A DNA stretch of 64,000 nt from Methanobacteriota archaeon (GTDB lineage: Archaea; Halobacteriota; Bog-38; Methanoflorentales; Methanoflorentaceae). The stretch covers positions 145,604 to 209,603 of the forward strand of contig CAWDSY010000007.1 in assembly GCA_963805115.1 (NCBI GenBank), given 5' to 3'. The first letter of the stretch is position 1. Each line of letters starts with the position of its first letter. This document shows positions 18,850 through 27,894 of this stretch, piece after piece. Position numbers and translations under genes: made by a program. The notes beneath the pieces were generated by a model. The model had not been told where the DNA came from, ran no database searches, and saw only the letters and a list, made by a program, of their open reading frames with translations.

Positions 18850-20270
18850 ATGGGCATCATAACTAGGGCGTTCAGAAACCTTTCACGACGCAAAACCAGG
18901 GCCGCATTTATCGTTGTGGCACTCAGTTTTTGCATGGCCATCTTAATCGCCATTCCACCCGGCATAGCAGCTAACCAAAATGCGACCAATAGTCTAACAA
19001 ACACATTGGGCAATACGATCACGCAAACGGCGGCAACCGTCAACAACTCATCAACGCAGATACAATGCAGCCTCACTCAAAGTGCCCCAACAGGGTTTGG
19101 TGTTCGTTCTGGGTCAAGCGCTATGCCGGGAGGAGGCTCTCAGCAACAGGTTAGCTCTCCACAGTCTTCGTATGGCGGCGGCGCATTCGGTGGGGGCTCA
19201 TTAAAGCCCATGAATGAAAGCTCGTACAGCGACGTTAACACATCTCTCTCAGGCGTCGCTGCAGTTGAACCCATACTCCGGGTGGTAGAAGGGCATAACG
19301 AAACAATAACACCACGATACGGTGCATCGATCCAAAGCTTCAATGTCACCGTGCCCGACTACATCATCACGGGGGTACCGTTAAATGCCTCATTAATCGA
19401 CAATTACCCCATTCTGCCAACCAACATCGCGCAAGGGAAAAATCTGCAGCCAAATGAAACGGGCGCCGTCGTGTTAAGCGAAAACAGCTCCGCCTACTTT
19501 GACGCAGGCGTGGGAGCTACCGTGAACATCCTGGGCACCAACTTCACCGTCGCGGGCATCTACGCGCCTACGAGCACTTCAAACAACCAGTCCGTCTACA
19601 TGAACCTGGCTGACGCACAGGCCTTGACCAACAACACCAACGTCATCACGTCGTTTAATGTGTTCGCCACGAGCACGGATACCGTCACCTCAGTCGCACA
19701 AACCATACAGTCCACGCATGCAGAACTCGATGTGACGACCCCGCAGGACATCTTAAACCAGCTTCTACAACTGCAATCATCATACGGCGACCGTTTAAAC
19801 GCAACCACGGTGCTTATGGACCAAACACAAATGCAAGCGATTGAAGAAATCGTCATCGCGTTCGCCGCCACCGGCATCATTGTGCTCTTTGTCATGCTCT
19901 ACACGGTGCGTGAACGAACCAGGGAAATCGGCACGCTTAAAGCAATCGGAGCCAGTGACGCAGCGATCATGGGCAATTCATGCTTGAGGGCATCTTACTC
20001 AGTGTGCTTGCAGGAATCGTGGGCGTCCTCATTGGCACCATTGGGGCACCCTATTTGTCAGGCCTTCTGTTGCCAGCCGTAGGGAATTCACTCGGCGGCT
20101 ATGGCTTTGCGGCAGCTAGGGGTCCGGCGGCAACTCCTGCGGTGACGGTAAGCCCTGAACTTATGCTCATTGGCTTTAGCGCAGCAGTCGTGCTCGGCGC
20201 CATCGGCAGCCTCTACCCGGCGTGGCGTGCTGCACGAACGAGACCCGCGGAGGCGATGCGGTATGAGTGA
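18850..20270 (+). pseudogene. MacB/FtsX-type ABC transporter permease, frameshifted
   Basis: N-terminal TM, large extracytoplasmic domain and FtsX-like C-terminus. The frame breaks near 19971-19979 (GASDAAIMG | expected QFMLEGILLSVLAG), consistent with a 1-nt deletion. The second part is ORF 19980..20270. Confidence 0.7.
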
Positions 20271-21105
20271 GACCGTGCTCAAAACCGAACACCTCACCAA
20301 AACCTACAAGCTCGACAAGGGAGAGGTACGGCCGCTCACCGACGTGAACCTTGAAGTCAAAAAAGGCGAGTTCACCGCTATCATGGGGCCGTCCGGCAGC
20401 GGCAAAACCACGCTGCTCAACCTCATCGGCGCAATCGACAAGCCGACCACAGGCAAGGTGTTCTTGGACAACGTCGACATCGGAAGCTTGCCCGGGTCAC
20501 AACTCTGTAAGATACGCAGGGGCAAAATAGGCTTCGTATTCCAGAACTTCAACCTCTTACCCTATTTAAACGCGAGAGAGAACGTGGAGTTGCCGATGGA
20601 ACTGTCGGGGAAATACAAGGGTGAAAGAACGAAACGAGCGAAAGAACTCCTCGCCACCGTAGGCCTGGAAGGACGAGAAAACCATCGACCGAATCGACTG
20701 AGCCAGGGAGAACAACAACGAGTGGCAATAGCCAGAGCCTTAGCCAATGACCCCGCCATAATCCTCGCAGACGAGCCCACAGGAAACCTTGACCGACAAA
20801 ACAAGAGAGAAGTCGTTAAGCTCCTCGCCAACCTCAACCTTAACCACGGCACGACGATTATTGTGGTTACACACGATGGGAGCGTGGCAGCACAAACCGA
20901 ACGCGTGCTTTACTTAAACCTTGGGGAAATCACCAAAGAAAAAGCAGGCCTCCACAAGGAAAAAAAGAACAGTGCCCTGGTTGCGAACGAAGAGGAGGAA
21001 AAAGTCGCGATAACTGAGAGTGAGCTCACCAAGCTACAAGAGCGAGGGATTTTAACAGAATCTGAACTTGAAGCGAAAAAGAAAGACCTGCTGTCTAAGT
21101 TCTAA
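20263..21105 (+). CDS. ABC transporter ATP-binding protein (MacB/LolD type) with a SHOCT-like C-terminal tail
   Basis: Walker A GPSGSGKTT, signature LSQGEQQR, Walker B ILADEPTG. The ATG at 20263 overlaps the permease stop. Tail: ITESELTKLQERGILTESELEAKKKDLLSKF. Confidence 0.85.
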   Translation: MSETVLKTEHLTKTYKLDKGEVRPLTDVNLEVKKGEFTAIMGPSGSGKTTLLNLIGAIDKPTTGKVFLDNVDIGSLPGSQLCKIRRGKIGFVFQNFNLLPYLNARENVELPMELSGKYKGERTKRAKELLATVGLEGRENHRPNRLSQGEQQRVAIARALANDPAIILADEPTGNLDRQNKREVVKLLANLNLNHGTTIIVVTHDGSVAAQTERVLYLNLGEITKEKAGLHKEKKNSALVANEEEEKVAITESELTKLQERGILTESELEAKKKDLLSKF

Positions 21106-21580
21106 AGTTGCCCTTTGTGACATTGTGCAAAGATCTTTGGCAGCCTCCGCCAAGGTGATCCTGTTAGTTTGCTTGCCCAGTAGCCGTCGTGTCAAGGCGG
21201 GTAATTTGGCCTTTGTTTTGTCATTTTTCAAAATTTTTGCACCGTTTTCAGCGCCTGCACGCTGAGGAACGACGACGACAAAAGCGATTGCTCCTGTGAT
21301 GATGCTGGCCGACGTAAAACGCCATCATTTACAACGGCATCTAAGATTGAGACACCTAATTTAGTCTTCGCTTGATGTAGACGGAAACCGTATGTCGACG
21401 CACGGTGTGAGTGGGATACATTGGAAGCATTACAAACACTCCCTACCGGAGCACGTGTATGAAGGTCTACACGAAGTATTGGAAAAGTGCGACTGTGTAG
21501 GCGGAAGAGCACGCTTTATGGTTATTGGAATTAATTAAACTGACGTTCAGATTTGATTAATTAATGAAGGAGCTAGGTAT

Positions 21581-22285
21581 ATGGATTTCAAAGAACAAGC
21601 AGGACTGTTAAAAAGAGTGCTTGGATTAAAGAAGGAACCACTGGCAATCACGTTCACGAATGACGAAGTTTCAGATGGCCTGTACGAGAAAACATCGATT
21701 TGTCAGGCGTTGAAGCGTGCTGCCGAAGGTGACTGTTTTGTTATTGATGAAAAGGTAGAGACCTGCCCTGGCGGCAGTAGGTATTGCGGTTTCACGGAGT
21801 TTGCGGGACAACAGAAAAGGAGACTTCAGCGGTTCCTTACTAAAGGAGAGAAGCTCACCAGTACGATTGTATCCTTCGAGAGAATGGTAAAACTGACCGT
21901 TCAGCCGCCTACAGGATTGGCAGATAGATTAGTGATATGTCCGCTTGAAAAAACAACACGACGACCTGACATTGTGTTGTTTCAGTGCAACCCAGAACAA
22001 GCGTGTCGGCTGATAACCTTGGACACCTACTGGGATGGCATATCACCACAACAACAGGTCATAGGAGCATTATGCCATAGTTCTATAACATATCCCGTAA
22101 TGACGGGATGTACTAACATAACTACTGGTGATTGGACAGCACGAAGACAGCAAGGATTTGAACCGGACATACTATTCCTGTCAGTGCCGTACGAACGAAT
22201 GCACAATTTAATAGCTGCTGTCCCCAACTGCTCAGCAGGAGATGCAGAAGCAGTAATACCCGAAGGATTCCAGCAGGGTAATTAA
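21581..22285 (+). CDS. DUF169 family protein
   Basis: 234-aa ORF. The N-terminal LGLKKEPLAITF and overall pattern resemble DUF169 proteins (recognition from memory). Confidence 0.6.
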   Translation: MDFKEQAGLLKRVLGLKKEPLAITFTNDEVSDGLYEKTSICQALKRAAEGDCFVIDEKVETCPGGSRYCGFTEFAGQQKRRLQRFLTKGEKLTSTIVSFERMVKLTVQPPTGLADRLVICPLEKTTRRPDIVLFQCNPEQACRLITLDTYWDGISPQQQVIGALCHSSITYPVMTGCTNITTGDWTARRQQGFEPDILFLSVPYERMHNLIAAVPNCSAGDAEAVIPEGFQQGN

Positions 22286-22366
22286 GATCAGGGTAGTCCT
22301 TGGGTCTTGCTTGATTTTTTGTCAATGCTGGCACCAAAATGAAATTCCCTGCAAATAGAGTAACTA

Positions 22367-22771
22367 TCGGCGACCTTCGCCTGATATGGGCGATATCACT
22401 GTTTCGGACCAAACGATCGTAATCTAATACGATTGTTGTCGGCGTGTGAAGGCGACGGTTTAGGGCTTTCTGAATCTTTTTCTGTATGCGAAATGACCAC
22501 GAGAAAGGCTAGCGCCCCTTCGTGAATTGTTAGATAGATTTTGATTGCAACCCCGCAAGCTCGGTGAACGTATGCGGCAAGCGAATCGTTGGCTAGCTAT
22601 AATCGGTTTTTGCGCGGTGGAGCGAGATTTTGCTGCGGTGGATCTCCAGTAGCTCGTTTTCTGGCGGGGCAACGCCAACAAAAAGGTCTGGGTAATGTTC
22701 AGTAGCAGACATGGTGGTTGAAGAGGTCGGTGCTGCGCACTTAACCGTTGTGATTAGCCGCGTGCAACTAA
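22367..22771 (-). mobile_element. Module copy B: decayed paralog of copy A
   Basis: ATG 22712: MSATEHYPDLFVGVAPPENELLEIHRSKISLHRAKTDYS then TAG where copy A has TAC. After a 1-nt deletion: IHEGALAFLVVISHTEKDSESPKPSPSH. The tRNA-like CGCCTTCACACG is followed by a roughly 60-nt insert, then GGCGAAGGTCGCCGA. Confidence 0.6.
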
Positions 22772-23170
22772 GCCAAATAGGGATATCGTGGGACTGCAAG
22801 CAAATCTGTTAATTCTAGAGTCGTTAACAGCGGCCAAGCGAATTGGAGCGCAAATCTGAATGGACAGTCGAACTCAAGCAAAGCTCGAGGGGTACACGGC
22901 AAAGACTCTCCGCAAGCGCTAAACACTGCAGGCTTAGCTCTTCGCCCACCCGGTGGCGTCTGAAAGCTTCAGCACGAAAGGGTAATCAGAACGCCTTCAG
23001 CACAAAGTCAACCTTTATTCACGCAGTTCAGTCAGCAATAGGGGCAGGACAGGCGAAACAGACTTTTGCAAGTCTCTTCATGCTACTTTCACGCCATAAC
23101 TAAGCGACAAGTGTCTCGATAGAGTTATGGCATGAAAAGGTCTTACTTAAGGTTCGCAAAAGGGGAAAAA

Positions 23171-23464
23171 ATGGCGTTTCAATGGTTTAACATCGTGCTC
23201 ATCGCGATCGGAATCTACGTCGCCGTAGACGGCGTCGCAAGCGTATTGGTCAAACACGGACAGTACCACAACGTCTGGTTCGACGGCGAGAGATACGTCA
23301 GAACGCTGACTGGAATCGTGATAATCATTTTAGGGATCGCCGTGACGCGATTAAAAATGCCGAAACGAGAAGAGGACGCATTCAATGAGACCTTGAACGC
23401 TCTGACGCAAACCTCCACGGCTGCCTTAGAACCCTTATGCTCGAGCGCGCTGCGTTCGCGCTAA
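23171..23464 (+). CDS. Hypothetical small membrane protein
   Basis: MAFQWFNIVLIAIGIYVAVDGVASVL and a second TM (LTGIVIIILGIAV). The start is uncertain; the ORF track begins at 23132. Confidence 0.35.
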   Translation: MAFQWFNIVLIAIGIYVAVDGVASVLVKHGQYHNVWFDGERYVRTLTGIVIIILGIAVTRLKMPKREEDAFNETLNALTQTSTAALEPLCSSALRSR

Positions 23465-24747
23465 GCTCGAATCGCACGTGACTTTTTCTTGATTATCGAG
23501 AGATAAAGCGATTGGTGTATCCCTGCCACGTACTTCCAACCAATGCGCTTTTCGACGTACGCCAACGCCCGTTGCGAATATCGTTCCCTAATCTGCCTGT
23601 TAGAGAGCAGCAGCACCACATAATCCTTAAGCTGTTCCAAGTCTCCCCGCGGAACGACGACCCCTCCGCCGCTCGCCTCTACTTCGTCCCGCAGACCCCC
23701 AACGTCCGTGACGACGGCAGGCTTGCCCAGCGAAAATGCGTGAGCCAACACCCCCGACTGACTGCTTTGCTCATACGGCAACACAACGATATCTGCCGCA
23801 TTTTCAATCGTTAGATACTCCTTTGGCTGGAAAGAACCTTGGATGACGACGATGTTGTCCTTTGCAGGGCTGTCAGCAACTGCCTTCAACAACGTAGGTT
23901 TGTAGCGCACCCCGTCCCGGGACCCTGGCCGCGCATCTCCTGCGATAACCAGAACGGCGTCAGGCACTTCGCTGACTACTTGTGGCCATATCTCGACAAC
24001 GTCGTCAAAGCGCTTGTATTGCTCCCACCAGCCCAAACACATGGCGACGTCCTTACCCTGAAGACCATACTCTTTTTTCGACTCGACGACACCAGGCACG
24101 CCCCCTGCCTTTAGCACTTCAGCCCCGTGCGGTATCACGGTGACGTTCTGGGGCACCCAGCCCAGGTTCACCGGCAGAAAGATCTTTTGGAGCTCCTCGT
24201 GCACGATACCGGCATCAACGAGCTGCAAACTCAGGTTCATGAATAAACACTCCTTGTAGCCGAGGGTGCTGTACACTGAATGATACGTCACGACGGTGGG
24301 GATTCTTTGCAGGTTCAACCGCACGAGAAGGTCAAGCAGATCAGTGCTAAGTTTGCCGTCGATATCGTAAAGACCGTATTCGTGTTGAATGTGCACGACA
24401 TCAGGGTTCAGCTTCTCGATGGCGTCAAAAACGTCCTGATACCAACCTACTTTCTGCGGATCCATCGCAGCAAAAACGTTTTTCTGTCCTGCGTGCCCGC
24501 CTGCATCGAGATCCGGATTGCAGATGACGTACACCGTGTGCCCACGCTTCTTGATGCCTTCAACGAGTTCGTGAGAATAGGTCGCTATGCCATCAAATCT
24601 CGGCGGATACGGAGAGACAAAACAGATCCTTAAGCGGGAGACCGCTTTACTGGTCTGCGCTTTTGGTTCGCCTGGGCACATTAGCCACACCTGCTGCGTC
24701 GCATGCTTTGTACAACCTATAAAAACCTTCTGAAAAATATTTAACAC
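23461..24747 (-). CDS. Glycosyltransferase family 4 (GT-B fold)
   Basis: RICFVSPYPPRFDGIATYSHELV N-terminal domain and a C-terminal LPYEQSSQSGVLAHAFSLGKPAVVTDVGGL motif. The true start may be the internal ATG near 24681. Confidence 0.8.
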   Translation of the reverse strand: MLNIFQKVFIGCTKHATQQVWLMCPGEPKAQTSKAVSRLRICFVSPYPPRFDGIATYSHELVEGIKKRGHTVYVICNPDLDAGGHAGQKNVFAAMDPQKVGWYQDVFDAIEKLNPDVVHIQHEYGLYDIDGKLSTDLLDLLVRLNLQRIPTVVTYHSVYSTLGYKECLFMNLSLQLVDAGIVHEELQKIFLPVNLGWVPQNVTVIPHGAEVLKAGGVPGVVESKKEYGLQGKDVAMCLGWWEQYKRFDDVVEIWPQVVSEVPDAVLVIAGDARPGSRDGVRYKPTLLKAVADSPAKDNIVVIQGSFQPKEYLTIENAADIVVLPYEQSSQSGVLAHAFSLGKPAVVTDVGGLRDEVEASGGGVVVPRGDLEQLKDYVVLLLSNRQIRERYSQRALAYVEKRIGWKYVAGIHQSLYLSIIKKKSRAIRA

Positions 24748-25054
24748 TTCAACCTACTATGCGTCAAAAAGAGTTTGTCCTAGACCTCATTCCGTAGAAC
24801 AGTCTTCATAAACTGGCGACGTCCTGGAGGATACGAAACGGCCTTGAAACGAATGAGAGGAGTATGCGGCTGCTACTACCTATCATAAGAACGCTCAAAC
24901 AGACAGTTTAGGCAAGAGGTAGCGAAGCCACAGCGGACGTGCGTTTCGACAATTGAATGTCGGCGCGCACTGATACGACTTGTATTTCACTTACTGGATG
25001 TAACGTAGCCTTATACATTCCGCGAAAACAGATTAGAGAGACGATCCGCATCGC

Positions 25055-25828
25055 ATGGCAAGCATTCTCATAACAGGTTGCAGGGGCGGCATAGGGCTCG
25101 ATGTGGCCTGCCGGCTGCTTAAAAGAGGACACATAGTGTATGCAACCGTTCACCGTGCGATCTCAGTGAATGACGTGCGGACTGCCCTGCGGTCCTATGG
25201 CGGGGACTTTGTGGTGGACACACTCGACATCACAAAACCCAGCGACTTTGACAAAGTGGATAACTGGGACATTGACGTGTTAATCAACAATGCGGCGATA
25301 GGCGATTCGGGACCCTTAGCGGAAATAGACCTTCAGCAAGTTGAAGCTACGTGCAAGACGAATGTTTTTGCAACGCTCCGCTTGACGCAAAAAGTGGTGC
25401 CGAAGCTCATTGAACACGGTGGTGGACGAATCGTGTTTATGGGATCAATGGCAGGTACGGTGCCAACCCCCTTCTATGCGCCCTATGGGATGACCAAATT
25501 CGCACTCGAAGGCGTCGCGTCTTCTCTCCGAACGGAATTGAAACCGTTCGGCATCAAAGTCATCATCGTCAATCCAGGGGTGTACAAGACAGGCTTCAAC
25601 GAGAGCTTCATGTCACAGAAATACGAGTGGATGGGCGCGCAGAGTCTTTACAAAGATCATATGGCATATGTGCGGCGCGCGGACCGGGTCATGAAGCTCG
25701 GGCTACCAAGCACCTGGAGCATCGCACGACAAGTCGTGAGGGCGGTGGAAGCCCGGTGGCCTAAGCGCAGGTACGTCGCTCCTGGCTGGGAGTGGGTTTT
25801 CCTTCCACTCCTTCGCTGGTTTGGGTGA
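25055..25828 (+). CDS. Short-chain dehydrogenase/reductase (SDR)
   Basis: ILITGCRGGIGLD cofactor motif, NNAAIG, YAPYGMTKFAL catalytic Y-x3-K. Confidence 0.85.
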   Translation: MASILITGCRGGIGLDVACRLLKRGHIVYATVHRAISVNDVRTALRSYGGDFVVDTLDITKPSDFDKVDNWDIDVLINNAAIGDSGPLAEIDLQQVEATCKTNVFATLRLTQKVVPKLIEHGGGRIVFMGSMAGTVPTPFYAPYGMTKFALEGVASSLRTELKPFGIKVIIVNPGVYKTGFNESFMSQKYEWMGAQSLYKDHMAYVRRADRVMKLGLPSTWSIARQVVRAVEARWPKRRYVAPGWEWVFLPLLRWFG

Positions 25829-25917
25829 AGCCTCTAAACGCGCTACTCGCTTTGCAGTTTCGTCGCGAGCGTTACCATTTTTTCGCCAAACCTCTGCACT
25901 CCTGCGACGCCTGATCG

Positions 25918-26115
25918 TCAGGTGCTCCGGGAGTAACAGACGATGAGTCTGATGGCGATGGGGATGGAAGTCGTGCCGACCTGCAAGCTGCTCAGCGCCG
26001 TTGGGATGCCAGGGATGAGGTAGCCGAAAAGCACCCCTGTGACCATCGCTAGGAATATTCATAACGTCAACAGCTCATTCAAGCGAGAGAGTCTTGCCTT
26101 AGGCTTTTCTGGCAT
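25918..26115 (-). pseudogene. ACR3 arsenite efflux permease, N-terminal remnant
   Basis: [58 protein letters not shown] aligns with residues 1-60 of the intact ACR3 at 27895..28962. Trp is changed to TGA at 26059-26061 and similarity is lost after about 60 codons. Confidence 0.7.
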
Positions 26116-26176
26116 AATAGAAGGAGATGAATCTATTGCCGTTTTATCGATACCTAATTCAACCGACAGCGGCGGC

Positions 26177-27049
26177 CTAAGGCTTTTCCCCAACTACTTT
26201 TATGCTTCTCACAGCGTTGGCAACATCTTCTAACTCTTCAGGTGCCAGGCTTAGGCTGCTCCTGACAGTTTGTGCAGTTGGATCGTTTGCAAGGCAATCT
26301 ACCGAGAGTGCAGACCCGTCAACGATTTCCACACCCTCAAACCCAGAAGCGAGTGCAATCTCATCAATGATCTTTACCCCGTGAAACCCGGCAGCCCGGA
26401 TAGTTTCCAAGTAGGCGTCTTTCATAATCGCCCCCGAGAGACAGCCAACATACGCGGCAACCGACTGCTTCACGGCATCTGGAAGCTCTTTTAGCAAAAC
26501 GATATCAGAAACGGCAAATCGCCCCCCCGGCTTCAGCACGCGGAACGCTTCGTTAAAGACCGCGGCCTTGTTAGGCGTGAGGTTGATCACGCAGTTTGAG
26601 ATAAGAACGTCGACTGAGTTGTCTGCTACCGGTAGGTGTTCTAGTTCTCCAAGTCTAAAATCAACGTTTTTGTAGCCGCCCTTACGCGCATTAGACCGCG
26701 CCTTATCGACCATTTCCGGGGTCATATCAACCCCGATTACCAGTCCGTCATCGCCGACTTTATTGGCAGCGAGGAAACAATCAAAACCCGCACCTGATCC
26801 AAGGTCAAGCACCGTCTCGCCCTTTTTCAGCGAGGCCAATGCGGTGGGATTGCCGCAGCCAAGGCCAAGATTGGCCCCTTCTGGCACTGAGTCCAGGTCT
26901 TCTTTTTTGTAGCCCACTGCCAAGCTGATGTCACTCACAAAATTGGTGCTCCCGCCGCAGCAACTATTCACGGCGAAACTGCGTGGCTCATTCTTTGCCA
27001 CTTTCGCATAGGCGTCTCTGACGGCGCCCTTAATATTCTCCTCTTCCAT
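26177..27049 (-). CDS. arsM: Arsenite S-adenosylmethionine methyltransferase
   Basis: NSCCGG, LGLGCGNPTALA, VLDLGSGAGFDCF, ISNCVINL and YVGCLSGA: the SAM motifs and all four conserved Cys positions of ArsM. Confidence 0.8.
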   Translation of the reverse strand: MEEENIKGAVRDAYAKVAKNEPRSFAVNSCCGGSTNFVSDISLAVGYKKEDLDSVPEGANLGLGCGNPTALASLKKGETVLDLGSGAGFDCFLAANKVGDDGLVIGVDMTPEMVDKARSNARKGGYKNVDFRLGELEHLPVADNSVDVLISNCVINLTPNKAAVFNEAFRVLKPGGRFAVSDIVLLKELPDAVKQSVAAYVGCLSGAIMKDAYLETIRAAGFHGVKIIDEIALASGFEGVEIVDGSALSVDCLANDPTAQTVRSSLSLAPEELEDVANAVRSIKVVGEKP

Positions 27050-27066
27050 AACAATTCACTCCTGTA

Positions 27067-27333
27067 CTAGAACGTATCCTTAAAAACAGGGCCTAAAAAG
27101 CTCTTGACCGTTGCAGAAAGTTCCTCGACCTTGATGAGAGAGATGCAGCGGACCTCGCCGTCTCGCTCACAGCTGACGGCCGCCAGCTTGTCCCCCGCCC
27201 GTATATGGGCACGGTCGCGCAGCTCCTTAGGTAGTACCATCTGCCCTCGCTCGTCAACGCTCACGACTGCTTCTACCTTGCAATTACTTTTGCCCGTATC
27301 GTCGGGCGCACAACTTAAGGCTTCTTTTGTCAT
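27067..27333 (-). CDS. AbrB/MazE/SpoVT-type DNA-binding protein
   Basis: 88-aa ORF with a swapped-hairpin core, VSVDERGQMVLPKELRDRAHIRAGDKL. Lies 17 nt upstream of arsM on the same strand. Confidence 0.65.
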   Translation of the reverse strand: MTKEALSCAPDDTGKSNCKVEAVVSVDERGQMVLPKELRDRAHIRAGDKLAAVSCERDGEVRCISLIKVEELSATVKSFLGPVFKDTF

Positions 27334-27894
27334 AGAACTCTACATAATAGTACGATTATCAGTGTATGTAAACTTTTCTGACAAATCTCAATAATGTGAA
27401 TAATGAGAGATCGTCGCAAGCTTAAACATTAGTACGCTCGTTTGTGACTTGAAAAGGTATTTGAAAGAGACTAATGTTTATGAAGTCTAGGTTATAAGCG
27501 CAGCATGATCGAGGTAGTCATCTTAATCAGTCTCGTAAACGTTGCCCTTTGGTTTTCAGCCCACAAGATTACTGTGCGAGGTTATCTTCTCTATCTCGAG
27601 TATCATTTCACGCAGAATGGTGGAGGATAAGCTCACCTCTATTCTGTCGATGACTACATCAAGCAGCTTGTTATCGCGACAGCGCAGAACAGCAGGGGCT
27701 TGCACGAAAGTTAAGATCTCAAAACCGCTGAAGCAAAGGAGCTTAAGGTTTTCCTGCACGCTGCCCCGGGTTTGTGCGAGAAGCAATAGGGCTTGTTGAA
27801 AAAGTAATATAGTTCTTTCGGACGGCTGGCAGAGCCTGTATCATGCGGCTTGCTTTGTTGAATTCTCTTCGTATTACAAAGCGTTGCTTAGGAG

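Noticed and set aside
21106-21580. A 475-nt gap upstream of the DUF169 gene (GTGATGA box, TTAATTAA-containing inverted repeat near 21530-21570)
   Set aside because: The C-box-like GTGATGA has no D box at the proper distance. The AT-rich inverted repeat is short and imperfect and may simply be promoter DNA.
22382-22443. The roughly 60-nt insert in copy B as a tRNA intron
   Set aside because: It interrupts after position 38/39 rather than 37/38. No bulge-helix-bulge could be drawn, and the T arm and acceptor strands needed for a functional tRNA are missing.
22593-22595. In-frame TAG of copy B as a pyrrolysine or read-through codon
   Set aside because: TAG is used as an ordinary stop in clear housekeeping genes here (for example the aminotransferase at 11349 and pyrC at 6421-6423). 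Copy B also carries a frameshift, so simple decay is the economical explanation.
25703-26062. 119-aa ORF between the SDR gene and arsM
   Set aside because: It has Arg/His/Pro-rich low-complexity translation. A different frame of the same DNA aligns with the ACR3 N-terminus, so this ORF is a shadow of the pseudogene.
27556-27786. 76-aa ORF in the abrB / acr3 gap
   Set aside because: No recognisable family, and an equally long ORF lies on the opposite strand (27542..27799). There is insufficient support to call it a gene.
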